Below the pieces are notes generated by a model. The model was not told where the DNA came from and ran no database searches. It saw only the letters and a program-made list of their open reading frames with translations. This document shows, one piece after another, positions 1-10,830 of a stretch of DNA of 64,000 bases. Position numbers and translations under genes: made by a program. This stretch comes from Mytilus edulis. Taxonomy: Eukaryota. The stretch spans positions 101,370,001 through 101,434,000 of the forward strand of contig NC_092344.1 in NCBI RefSeq assembly GCF_963676685.1, written 5' to 3'. Within the stretch, counting starts at the first letter, position 1. The number at the start of each line of letters is the position of its first letter.

Positions 1-1
1 T

Positions 2-3000
2 AATCAATTGTTCAGCAGTATGTGTTAACAGTTGTTGATTCTGCTGCATCAAGATTTTCATGCTCTGTAATCCTTGATGTATCAATGGAATTTTCTTGAG
101 TAGTTTACATGAATGGTATGAAAGGATTTGAAGATTGTATTGGTCCAAGCTTGTTGTTTGTTGCAAGGATTTACTACTTGCGGAAGTGATACAAACAGGC
201 ATGATGTTTTGTTCTTGAGAAGTAGTAGCAGCAGAACACTGTTGTTTTCTGTCCTGGTTGATTGTAATTGGAATAAGTTGATTGTGTATTTCAGCATACT
301 GTAACATTTTGCAGACCTGTTCGTTGGTGTGGAATGCTTCTGAAGAGAACTTTAATAGATGTAAACCTTGCAATGTCTGCACACGACTGAGAGCTACATA
401 TGCTTGTCCAGCAGCAAAGAAGGAACTGTCAAGAGAAATATATGCATTTTTCAATGTAGCACCTTGCATTCTGTGAACTGTGCATGCATATGCTACAATT
501 ATTGGAAACTGGACTCTATAAACTGGAGTATTTACAACAGGCAACAACAGCTTTTGTTTAACTTTTGTTACTGGTATGAGTTCATCAGATGCTAATCTTT
601 GAATCATGAGGACCTGTTTATTTACTGTTTTTAAAATACCCACGGTACCATTCACAATTTTCGACTGAACATTTAGGTTACGTGTGATCATAACTTTGGC
701 TCCTTCCTTGACTGCAATAGTCTGTGGCATAACAGATTTGAGTAAATTTAATTGTTGTGATTCAGTTTTGTTGAGCAATTCTCCGCCAGCATCATAATCA
801 GTGGCATGCAAATGGTGTAATGAAGAGGTAGACAATAATGAATTCTGCATTTGTTCATTTAAACTCATACGTTCAACATGTTTTGAACAGATAGCCATGC
901 TATTTGATGAGGTCATATCTTGACACTCATGATCTAGGTCATGTCCACTTCCGCAAACACGTGTTTGGAGTAGTTCCAGGTCTTCAGTGGTGTGATTTCC
1001 AAAACGAACACGATTTAGTAATGCTGCATATGTAGTATCCTGTGATTGTCTACAATTTTCTTTTAGGAAAAATGGATGAAATTTTGACCATAGTTGGCTT
1101 TCATAAATTTGCCTCGATTGGGAAGTACTGTTTGTGACTGCTGGCAATTGTAATAGATCTCCAAATAAAATTACTGTCTTTCCTCCAAACAATTGCTTTT
1201 CATTTACCATTGTCGAAGTTTCATTACAAATGTGATTCAATTTTTCTAGGATTTCAGCAGTCATCATGCTGATTTCATCAATTATTATAACATTTGTACA
1301 ACAAATTGATTCCCAATTAGTATCCCTGTATTGTATGGATGTATCCAAATTACAATCCAATTTGAAAAAGGAATGTACAGTGCGGCCATTTACCAGTAAT
1401 GCAGCATTTCCTGATGTTGCTAATACTTCCACAATTGCACAATTAAATTCGTACTGCAGAACTAAGGTATGTAGCAGGAAGGATTTACCACAGCCTCCAG
1501 GACCTGTAACAAATGCTAGTAGTTGATTGCCTTCATAAGACATTAAGGAATCGAATACATTTTTTTGTGATTCAGTCATTTGATGTTTTCGAACGAGTAA
1601 ACTTTTCTGATCATTCAAAATCATGTCTTTTGACCAGTGGAGAATGGATAAAACTTCAGATGAATGAAGGTCAGCTTCAGTTTCATTACATAAATAACTA
1701 TCATATTCTTTCAATTGTTGATCTGATAAATTGCTGAAGTCAACATCTTCTCCCAATTCTAACCCTTGAATTTTTTTTTTGAGAGTCTTTTCGTCTGTCA
1801 CCTGTTCTATTAACAGTTTCCTTGCCATGCGTCCAATTTGATGAGCATCAAAATTGCGTTCTTTCATTTCTCTGAAAACAATATCAAGTGCATCATCTGT
1901 TTCAAAAAGAGCATGTATGTAGCATTCTTCTTTGTATGATTTTGACATATTGAATTCTGAAATCAAGTCTTCTTCTTTTCTGTATGGAACTTGAGAAAGA
2001 AGAGTTTGGAAATAAAATGATTCACCATCCAAAGGCGTCAGGAAACGGAATCTAGGTATCAATTTTGTGTTTCTATGAACTATGAACCTTCCTTTTAAAT
2101 CAAATTGTAGACTATTCAGACGTGATTTCGGTATTTTGGATTTTGATGTAAAAATTTCAAAATCAGTTACATATTGAGGAAAAGTAAGATTTGTAAATAA
2201 ATCATCATTTGGTCTTTCCATGTAAAATTCTCTTGGACCGTCAACATATATATCTGTGTCAGTGTCAGCAGCTTCTTTTAAGGAAGAAAATGACTTCAAA
2301 ACTCTTGATCTTTCTGATGGTAAATTTGTATCAACAAAAATAACTTGCCTAGTTCCACTTACAAAGTGATGAGATAGTATGCTTGCTACAGCTTCTGGAG
2401 CTCCAACTAATCTACTTTCAAAGTAATTTTCAACAGGATTATCTTTTACTATCAGACCAAAAGTTGGTTCAACTTTTGCAATATACTTGACTAAATAACG
2501 TTCTAGTCCACTTCTGGTTACTTGTTGGACATTGATGTGTGCATTCCACGCATACAAAATATATGGATTGTAGGGAACAACTCTAGTATCATTAATTGAT
2601 GTCCGTTTATATTCATAGCGCATCCCTTCTTCATCATAACCATCAGTTTCTCGTTGTTTATATGGGAAACCATATTTACATTGTGTTGTTGCCAACCCCT
2701 TCGTAGAACGAAAACATCTGTTTGGACGACAGTTGTGTATTTGAAAATCTCTGACCATTGTTGCTAACTGCTTTGAAAAAATGTCAGTTTGTGTAGGTAT
2801 TTGTGCACTTATCAATTGTTCACTTTCAATTTTACTCTCCAGCCATATTAAACAGTGAACATGTAAAGCTCCACGATTTTGTGCCTCAATGCGATACCAG
2901 TGGTCTTTTACTTTTCCAAATACAGATGAAGATCCAAAAAGTAATGGCTTTATTGAATTAAAACGTTTAAAGAAATATTCTGTAGTATCTACTGGCTGAA

Positions 3001-3763
3001 GGATGGATTGAGGATTATCATACTGAGATAAAATTGTTTTAAGTTCTTTCCAACTGTCATTGGCTGTTAGAGTTACAAATAAATCTGCAGGACCTAAATG
3101 TCTCACCATAGCAACCAAATCTAACCATTTTTTCCTCCAAAATGCTTTGCTGCCAGTAACAGTTGCTGGTAATACCTTACTGTACTTATCATATGAATTT
3201 TTTGAATTTGAGACTTCTTTTGCTGTAACGTTTGCAGGTCTGTTAGCATTTGACATAGTAGGAATATTTGGATAATTCAAAATCCTCTCTTTCATGTTCC
3301 TATCAAATGCGAAGAAAAGATACAACTTGTCATTTGCCCATCTCCTATCTAAGTGAAGTAATCTATGTTTATGGTATTGACCTAGGGTGAAACCATTTTT
3401 TTGCCTTGACCAAGATCCACTGCCATCAGGGAAAAGATGTGGGAAAATTTTTGCTTCCAGATTATCATCAGATGAGTACAAACGATCAGGTTGAGTATTT
3501 ACAGGTAACACTGTTGTTGAGTGGACTTCTCTACGAATGCTATTTCCTAATGCATAATGGTCAGATTGTTTGTTGGGTTGTATAATATTATCAGCTGGTA
3601 TGATTAGGCCTTTACTGTTGTCAAGTGCTTCTTGTGAAATCGATCCCTTTGTTTTTAGAACTACATTATTAGTTTTGAAAGGAATACCTGGGAATGAACT
3701 TTGAATTATCTTTTGGTTGGAAATGGCCAGATATTTTTTCGTAGTTTGACAGGTATGCTCCAT
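2..3763 (-). CDS. Helitron/Helentron RepHel protein, main ORF (HUH Rep + Pif1-like SF1B helicase), open past the left window edge
   Basis: Manual translation gives about 1254 codons with no stop from ATG 3763 to base 2. It is absent from the ORF track, probably because it has no stop in the window. Rep motifs: FPHLFPDGSG, LFVTLTAN, YRIEAQNRGALHVHCLIW (HUH), VVPYNP, YLVKYIAK. Helicase motifs: FVTGPGGCGKS, IIIDEISM, FGDLLQLPAV, LKENCRQ, KVMITRNL, QFPIIVAYACTVHRMQG, GQAYVALSRV. Confidence 0.93.
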   Translation of the reverse strand, partial: MEHTCQTTKKYLAISNQKIIQSSFPGIPFKTNNVVLKTKGSISQEALDNSKGLIIPADNIIQPNKQSDHYALGNSIRREVHSTTVLPVNTQPDRLYSSDDNLEAKIFPHLFPDGSGSWSRQKNGFTLGQYHKHRLLHLDRRWANDKLYLFFAFDRNMKERILNYPNIPTMSNANRPANVTAKEVSNSKNSYDKYSKVLPATVTGSKAFWRKKWLDLVAMVRHLGPADLFVTLTANDSWKELKTILSQYDNPQSILQPVDTTEYFFKRFNSIKPLLFGSSSVFGKVKDHWYRIEAQNRGALHVHCLIWLESKIESEQLISAQIPTQTDIFSKQLATMVRDFQIHNCRPNRCFRSTKGLATTQCKYGFPYKQRETDGYDEEGMRYEYKRTSINDTRVVPYNPYILYAWNAHINVQQVTRSGLERYLVKYIAKVEPTFGLIVKDNPVENYFESRLVGAPEAVASILSHHFVSGTRQVIFVDTNLPSERSRVLKSFSSLKEAADTDTDIYVDGPREFYMERPNDDLFTNLTFPQYVTDFEIFTSKSKIPKSRLNSLQFDLKGRFIVHRNTKLIPRFRFLTPLDGESFYFQTLLSQVPYRKEEDLISEFNMSKSYKEECYIHALFETDDALDIVFREMKERNFDAHQIGRMARKLLIEQVTDEKTLKKKIQGLELGEDVDFSNLSDQQLKEYDSYLCNETEADLHSSEVLSILHWSKDMILNDQKSLLVRKHQMTESQKNVFDSLMSYEGNQLLAFVTGPGGCGKSFLLHTLVLQYEFNCAIVEVLATSGNAALLVNGRTVHSFFKLDCNLDTSIQYRDTNWESICCTNVIIIDEISMMTAEILEKLNHICNETSTMVNEKQLFGGKTVILFGDLLQLPAVTNSTSQSRQIYESQLWSKFHPFFLKENCRQSQDTTYAALLNRVRFGNHTTEDLELLQTRVCGSGHDLDHECQDMTSSNSMAICSKHVERMSLNEQMQNSLLSTSSLHHLHATDYDAGGELLNKTESQQLNLLKSVMPQTIAVKEGAKVMITRNLNVQSKIVNGTVGILKTVNKQVLMIQRLASDELIPVTKVKQKLLLPVVNTPVYRVQFPIIVAYACTVHRMQGATLKNAYISLDSSFFAAGQAYVALSRVQTLQGLHLLKFSSEAFHTNEQVCKMLQYAEIHNQLIPITINQDRKQQCSAATTSQEQNIMPVCITSASSKSLQQTTSLDQYNLQILSYHSCKLLKKIPLIHQGLQSMKILMQQNQQLLTHTAEQLI

Positions 3764-4430
3764 ACAGGTAGTTATGACTTCTTAACCATTGTGAAGCAGG
3801 TTTTAACACTGATATGCTTGAATTCATTTCAACAGTTTCATTTAATATACCAAGCATACCCTCTTGTTGCGTATCAACTATCCCAAATGAAAGCTTGCCC
3901 TGTAAATGTGTGTAAGTGTATCCAGGTGGTTTAAATGTGGAACAAAACAATGTACCAATTGATAACTTGCGATAATCTGCATAATTACGAAGAGCCCCAA
4001 TACATTGAGGAATGACTGAGAAGTTGTTGAAGAAGTTGAATGCAGTAGATGATGATTTAGTTAAATTGTAACATTGTTTGCAAACAGATATCTTGGCTTC
4101 TTTTTCTAATGTTTGTAGAGATGTTGTGGTTGTTGAAACTGTAAGAAATTTCATTTCTTCTTTTTTAATCCAAGACAGGTCATCTGGGTATAGAATTTTT
4201 CCACAAACTGAACACACACCTTTTGGGTATAAGCATGATATTTGAGTACTACAATGAATAGCTGAAGATATCAATTCAGGTTTCAATAGACAGTTTTCAG
4301 GTAATGATGCCTTAAATTTCTTTGATTGATGTTGCTCTTCAATAGTAAGTTTTCGTTTTGAATCTTTATTCTTTTTCCCTCCTCCTGAAAACATGTGTTT
4401 GGTGATATACAACTGGAATATCGAACTCAT
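3669..4430 (-). CDS. N-terminal part of the same RepHel (C2C2 Zn-finger-like region), separated from the main ORF by a +1 frameshift at about 3670-3780
   Basis: 253-aa ORF with CSVC...CKQC and the motif QWLRSHNYLY, similar to the WLxxNNPLY motif found upstream of the Rep domain in Helentron-type proteins. It overlaps the main ORF in another frame. Confidence 0.8.
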   Translation of the reverse strand: MSSIFQLYITKHMFSGGGKKNKDSKRKLTIEEQHQSKKFKASLPENCLLKPELISSAIHCSTQISCLYPKGVCSVCGKILYPDDLSWIKKEEMKFLTVSTTTTSLQTLEKEAKISVCKQCYNLTKSSSTAFNFFNNFSVIPQCIGALRNYADYRKLSIGTLFCSTFKPPGYTYTHLQGKLSFGIVDTQQEGMLGILNETVEMNSSISVLKPASQWLRSHNYLYGAYLSNYEKISGHFQPKDNSKFIPRYSFQN

Positions 4431-4703
4431 GTTTAATCTATTGTGTTAGTAATGAAACTTGGGAGTCTAGATCTCCTTACTAAATCTACTGCAAATTCAC
4501 AGGCATGGTTATATGATTACAAATATTTGGTAATTTGTAGTCATGACTTTTTTTTCTATGTTAGTTAATAGAAAACATGAACAATTATATACTCACTGTG
4601 AAAGAATTTGGACAAGAGAAATAAAATATTTATCAACATTTTGTTCTATATTAAGTAATTATATATATAATATATATACATGTAAACTTTGTTGATATTT
4701 TAT

Positions 4704-4848
4704 GAATGACTGTAATATTTTTTCTGTCTATGAAAAAATAACATAAAAATTTGATGCACACTGAATTACGCACGTAGCGGGTTATGTAACAGTGTGCACA
4801 CATTTTTTATGTTATTTTGAATAGACAGAAAAAATATTAAAGTCATTT
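4704..4848. repeat. Imperfect palindrome with ~65-bp arms, MITE-like
   Basis: aatgactgtaatattttttctgtctat...gcacactg pairs with cagtgtgcac...atagacagaaaaaatattaaagtcatt. Confidence 0.75.
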
Positions 4849-5417
4849 CTTATAATATAATTCTAAATTCCATTTTAAACCGTAGAAAACCATGAAAAAA
4901 TATTGATTACATCAGGGTCACATGACTAAATTATGTCTATGGGCTCACAACAAAATAACGTCAGCCAATCAGAAGACGGGTTACATGCAAAACTTTTATT
5001 TAAAATATGTAGATTAAGCTCTTATGCTATTTTGATCGCATAGTAGATAAATCAAAATGGGAATATTTAAAATCCTCAATTACGTAAATCATTTGAAGTA
5101 CTGTCTATAACTTTTTTAAGGCAAACTTAAGTTGGAGAACTAACACAAAGCAATTCATCGACAATATTTAGTTTATATAGGGTATAAGTTCAAAGATAAG
5201 ATCCACCAAAATTGAAATCATTGCTCGTAAATAAAAACAGCAACTCTTTATAAAGGGAAATAACCCCAGTAATTAAATAGATGCCAAAATTTTTAAACTT
5301 GATTTGTTTTCAATGGTAATTAACTTCATCTCGATCTCCTGATTTTGATTCAAAGGAGCTGCGATGGCAAACTACTGTTGAGCATTTTTGGGGAATTTAA
5401 ATTCCAAGCGAGAGGAG

Positions 5418-8400
5418 TCAAAAATATAGTGAGGCAAATAAGTTCAAAGGGGCATATCTCCTAGAAAAAAATTGAATGGCTATTTCCCATCGATATGCAC
5501 ACCTACATGGTGTGTCCTTATTATCTGAATAGGTAACCTGAAATGCTGTTGTGTGGTTTGAAAGGAGTTGCAATGACAAACTGTTGCAGTAGTACAATAA
5601 AGTAAATAAGTTCAAAGAGGCACAACTCCTAGAAAAAAATTGAATCGCAATTTCCCGTCGTTATGAACAACTACATAGTTTGTCCTTATTATCTGGAAAG
5701 GTTACGTGAAATTCTGTTGTGTGGTTTGAGATGAGTTACCATTAGTGCGGTGACAGAAGTGTAAAAAGTCGTCTAGATCGCGAGTTTAATCTCCCCAAAT
5801 AACACACGGCTAAAAATGGTCTTAACTTAAAGACAAATATGTCTTCTTTAGTTTTTGCCCTGTCGTCAGAATTTTGTACGGTCACATTTTTCTAAAAAGT
5901 CGTTTTTATGACTGGTAGTATATTGGAGAGTTTCAACCCCCCTTTTTCAAAATGAAAAAAATGTGTATGTTTGCTTACATTTAATTGAAATAGTTTTTCC
6001 TGAAGCTATTCTTATATGTCAAAATATTCTATTCGGTATTTTATTTCCTTCTAATCAATAAAATTTGCGAAGTTTAGACTATTTAAAATTGAGGTAATTT
6101 TAATTGCAAATTCAGACTCAAACTTTAGTTTCTTCTTCATAGTATGAATAAAAATTATCCCATAATATTTTAAGCATACAGTATTTAATAAAACTAATAA
6201 GTGATAAAAATTTCGGAACCAAAATATGAAAAAAACTTAAGAAATCAATGGAAAAAGAATGGAGTAAAAATCTTCAATTTCAACACGGAACTCAATCACT
6301 TGCCTTCCGTCACATTTTGTGTATTAGTCAATAATTTGCTCTCAAATGATATATGAAATAACTACCTTTTTCGCTATTATATACACATATTTTCAATGAA
6401 AGTGCAATGATATATGCCACATAATTTGTTTGTATATGTTTATATTCTATGTTTTTTCGTTATAAAACATCAAATATACTTTGTCAGAAAAGTCTTATTG
6501 TAAAATCAAAATAATTGACGGATAGTTTCAGTAAATATTCCGTGATATGCAAAGTCCTTTGCAGCTTCGCTCCATTAAGTCCAAAGAAAAGACAAAAGTC
6601 TTTAAATTTTATGCAGTGCATAATATGCCAAAAAAAAAAAAAAAAAAAACTCGATTGAAATTTTGAGTCAATTTACCAGTTTAGGGAAGTCGATTTGTGT
6701 ATCTGCATTGCATAAAAGATTGGATGAGGTGAACATCAAGATGTTTCATGCCATATCTGTTAATTTGAAGAACTCCGTGCAGGCAGATTATCATCGTTCA
6801 TACTACAAAACTTAAACAAGTAATGATATGTGTTCCCCCTTTTAGAGGCTCCTAGTCTGATATTTAATGACGACATACAATTATCTGACTGTTAATTGTC
6901 CCTCAGTTTCGGGTATTTGTACACGTTCTAGAATGCAGTCGTTCAACTAGAGCGCATGTATATTTTGTTGCAACAAAACATTTTAGAAAGATAAAAAATT
7001 ATTCAAGTTTGAATCAGATGAGCGTATTAAAAATGTTTCATCCGTGTCAGATAAAGTTAAAGTTGAAATAGTTTCCCGTCAATCTTTTAAACTTCAAGCA
7101 CTCTGTCATTTTGGTTGCATTACAAATTATTTGCTAAAAACGAAATAAAAAATCCAAACTCGTGGAAGCAGATATCTCAGAACACGATACTACTTTTACT
7201 AATTTTAATTTGGCTATTGACAACGATTTATTGGTAATTCCTCATGACACCGTTACTTGATACATATAGATCACTTCTTCCCGCTGATTCTAATTTAAAA
7301 TATTCTAAATGTAAAATGCAGTCTAAGCTCATTCATTTCTATAGAAATTCAGTTGTCAAACAACTTTAACAAGTTCAAGGCAAATATAACGTAATATTTA
7401 GTAGCAAAATAACTATTTATGATGCCATATAAGCTTCTAGTCAATTGAAAACTGACCCCAAAATCTCAATTTCAACTGTAATAGATACAAATAACGGACA
7501 GATATTAATTTCATTCCGCTGCAAGTTTACTTAGAAAAGACATCGAAACTCTAAAGAGACTACCCAACTTCGGATGAATTGTCTCTTCCTTCTTAATTCA
7601 GTCAATGCCTTCGTAGTTATTGCAATTCATTCTATGGTTACTCAGTGAAACTGTATACAGCCAAGATTTTTCTCAGGAAATGGCACCAGAGAAATTGTGG
7701 AAATGCAATTGTTGAGGCAATCGTTTTTGTTTTACTCTTTTTCATTTAGGATTGGCTTTACAAATGTACCATGAGTTTGGTTCAAAACACCTTGTTGAAA
7801 CATTGAGTGCCAAAGGATTTTATGCTTCTTAAAGTAAAGTGCGACGCTATCCAATGTGTTGCCAACCATGCAATTGAGCGAATTCAAGATAGTGTGTACG
7901 TCTCGTATAATGTTTCCGCAGCATCTTTGCAGACAAGCATATGGATGTCATCACACCTTCCTAACCCCCGTTTAGATCTCTGTTAAATCTTGGATGAATT
8001 GATAGCCTAGGGATGGTTTGAAGGAGGTATTTTTTAGGAACAAATGTCTTTTGACTTCCTACAATATCTTGTCTGTACTTGTAAAGAAAAACTCAAAATA
8101 ACGTGTTCGCTTTCAGCAGAACCTTTCATTTGCAGACCTGTTGCCATGAGTGAAATGTGTAGAAATATTAAAACACGTCTTGTGACGGTTGATGAAAATG
8201 AAGATGATGGAGATAACGGTTGATTTGGTATAAAGCTTGTTGCACTGGTACACATGGTTCAAGCCCCGAGATTAGGGGAGTGTGGGCGTGCCCTTAAAAA
8301 AGTTAAACCCCGCCACTTTCTGTGTGTGTCTGTTTCAAGTCACGAAACGGTACTGCAGTGTTTGTCGTTTGTTTCTCTATACTATATTTGTTTCTTTCTT

Positions 8401-10770
8401 ATTTATTTTGTACATTAATCATGTTAATTAGGCCGTTAGATTTTTGTTTGTTTTACATTATTCATTTCGGGAGTTAAAGACTATGCAGTATGAATTTTAC
8501 TCATTGTTGAAGCTCGTACGGGACCTATAATTGTTTTATGTCTCATTTGGTCTCATTTGGAGAGTTGCCTCATTTGCAATTATATGACATCTTTTTTTTT
8601 ATATGGAATACTTTTGAAGTTTGTAGTACGTTGCAAGGGAAAAAAGGGGGGATATAGTTACAAAACCTATAATGTATTCGATATTAACTAGAGTTAAATA
8701 CGCGATTACAAAAGATAACACTATGGTAGCAGTAATAATTGTGAAAAAAACCAAAAGCAACGAGTAGTCTATAAAAAAACCTGAAGTATTCGCAAATTCA
8801 ATATGAGGTCATATTTGACTGTAGTGTTCAATGGCTTTGGTTTGATACCTCACCCACTATGACAGTTTAAAAAATAATTTTAAAAGTATTGTCCTGCATG
8901 ACACTTGATTTTTACCTGAAATTGATATTTTTCATAAGGTTAAGGTGCTCTAAACATTTTATAGGTTGAAAACTTGATTTTTGAAGTTTTATTTATAAAA
9001 CGTCGTTTTAGGAATTTTTTTGATAAAAAAATCTCAATGATTAAGGTTTATGTATAATAACAAACATTACTAAAGACAAAACAGTATCATTTGTATTTAG
9101 GTAGAGTTTAGAAATAGAAAAAAATGCCAAAATTGAAACCCTCCCAAATTTTCACAGATTTTTACATATATATGACCTTTGACCTCAATTTAAAAAAAAT
9201 GTGACCATATCAAGTCCTGACGACAGGCATATTATTATGGTACACGATTTTCTCTTTCCAATGATATATTATGTAGGTGTGTGTTCGGTGGGGAGATTAA
9301 ATTCAAAAAAATCTGCCTTCAGTCACCGCACTACATGACAAACTGTTGCAGTAGTACATTAAAGTAAATAAGTTCAAAGGGGTGTTACTCCTAGAAAAAT
9401 AATTGAATCGCAATTTCCCGTCGATATGCACAACTACATACTATGTCCTTATTATCTGGAAAGGTTTTGTGAAATTCTGTTGTGTGGTTTGAGAAGAGTT
9501 GTGATGACAAACTGTTGCAGTAGTACATTAAAGTATATAAGTTCAAAGGGGCGTAACTGCTAGAAAAATAATTGAATTGCAATATCCCGTCGATATGCAC
9601 AACTACATAGTATTTCCTTATTATCTGAAAAGATTTCGTGAAATTCTGTTGTGTGGTTTGAGAGGAGTTGCAATGACAAACTGTTGCAGTAGTACATTAA
9701 AGTAAATAAGTTCAAAGGGGCGCAACTCCTAGGAAAAAAATTGAACCGCAAATTCCCATCGATATGCACAACTACATAGTATGTCCTAATTATCTAAAAA
9801 GGTTTTGTGAAATTCTGTTGTGTGGTTTGAAAGGAGTTGCCATGACAAACTGTTGCAGCAGTACATTAAAGTAAATAAATTCAAAGGGGCATAACTCCTA
9901 GAAAAATAATTGAATCGCAATTTCTTGTCGATATGCACAACTCATAGTATGTCCTTATTATCTGCAAAGGTTTTGTGAAATTCTGTTGTGTGGTTTGAGA
10001 AGAGTTGTGATGACAAACTGTTGCAGTAGTACATTAAAGTATATAAGTTCAAAGGGGCGTAACTGCTAGAAAAATAATTGAATTGCAATATCCCGTCGAT
10101 ATGCACAACTACATAGTATTTCCTTATTATCTGAAAAGATTTCGTGAAATTCTGTTGTGTGGTTTGAGAGGAGTTGGGATGACAAACTGTTGCAGTAGTA
10201 CATTACAGTAAATAAGTTCAAAGGGGCGCAACACCTAGAAAAAAAAATTGAATCGCAATTTCACTTAGATATGCACAACTACATAGTATGTCCTTATTAT
10301 CTAAAAAAGTTTCGTGAAATTCTGTTGTGTGGTTTGGGAGGAGTCACCATGACAAACTGTTGTAGCAGTACATTAAAGTAAAAAAGTTCAAAGGGGCGTA
10401 ACTCCTAGAAAAAAACTTGAATCGCAATTTCCCATAGATATGCACAACTCATAGTATGTCCTTTTTATCTGAAAAGGTTTTGTGAAATTCTGTTGTGTGG
10501 TTTGAGAGGAGTTGCAAAGGGGCGTAACTCCTAGAAAAATAATTGAATCGCAATTTCCCGTCTATATGCACAACTACATAGTATGTCCTTATTATCTGAA
10601 AAGGTTTTTTGAAATTTTGTTGTGTGGTTTGGGAGGAGTTGTGATGACAAACTGTTGAAGTAGTTCATTAAAGTAAATAAGTTTAAAGGGGCGTAACTCC
10701 TACTTTAAAAATGAAACGCAATTTCCCGTGGATATGCACAACTACATAGTATGTCCTTATCATATGAATA
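5418..10770. repeat. 169-bp tandem satellite array (about 10-11 monomers), split by an Academ insertion
   Basis: The phase marker atgacaaactgttg recurs at about 5573, 9335, 9504, 9673, 9842, 10010, 10179, 10349 and 10644. One monomer near 10516 has an internal deletion. Confidence 0.95.
5743..9333 (+). mobile_element. Academ (AcademX-type) DNA transposon, internally deleted and decayed
   Basis: TIRs TAGTGCGGTGACAGAAG / CTTCAGTCACCGCACTA (16/17 match) and 3-bp TSD CAT (5740-42 and 9334-36). Coding remnants: ADYHRSYYK (~6782), GLALQMYHEFGSKHLVETLSAKGFYAS*SKVRRY (~7749-7850) and a C-terminal LVCTCK Cys cluster (~8070). Confidence 0.82.
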
Positions 10771-10830
10771 GGACTGACGGACGGGTCAAACACATTATAC
10801 CTCCACAACCCGTTGCGTGGGGTATAATAA
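10771..10830 (-). mobile_element. Helentron/HINE-type 5' terminus (sub-terminal palindrome plus GTCC-type microsatellite) capping the satellite array
   Basis: The minus strand reads TT-ATTATACCCCAC...GTGGAGGTATAAT, then gtccgtcagtcc, then the tandem repeats. This is the DINE-1/HINE/pearl arrangement. Confidence 0.75.

Noticed and set aside
282-3934. Short plus-strand ORFs over the Helitron
   Set aside because: Antisense shadows of the RepHel frame.
5743-9333. CACTA/EnSpm classification
   Set aside because: The ends are TAGTG...CACTA, the inverse of CACTA...TAGTG, and the coding remnants are Academ-like.
9391-9769. Repeated 65-69-aa ORFs in the satellite (also 5418-5615)
   Set aside because: By-products of the non-triplet 169-bp monomer; the frames are not conserved between copies.
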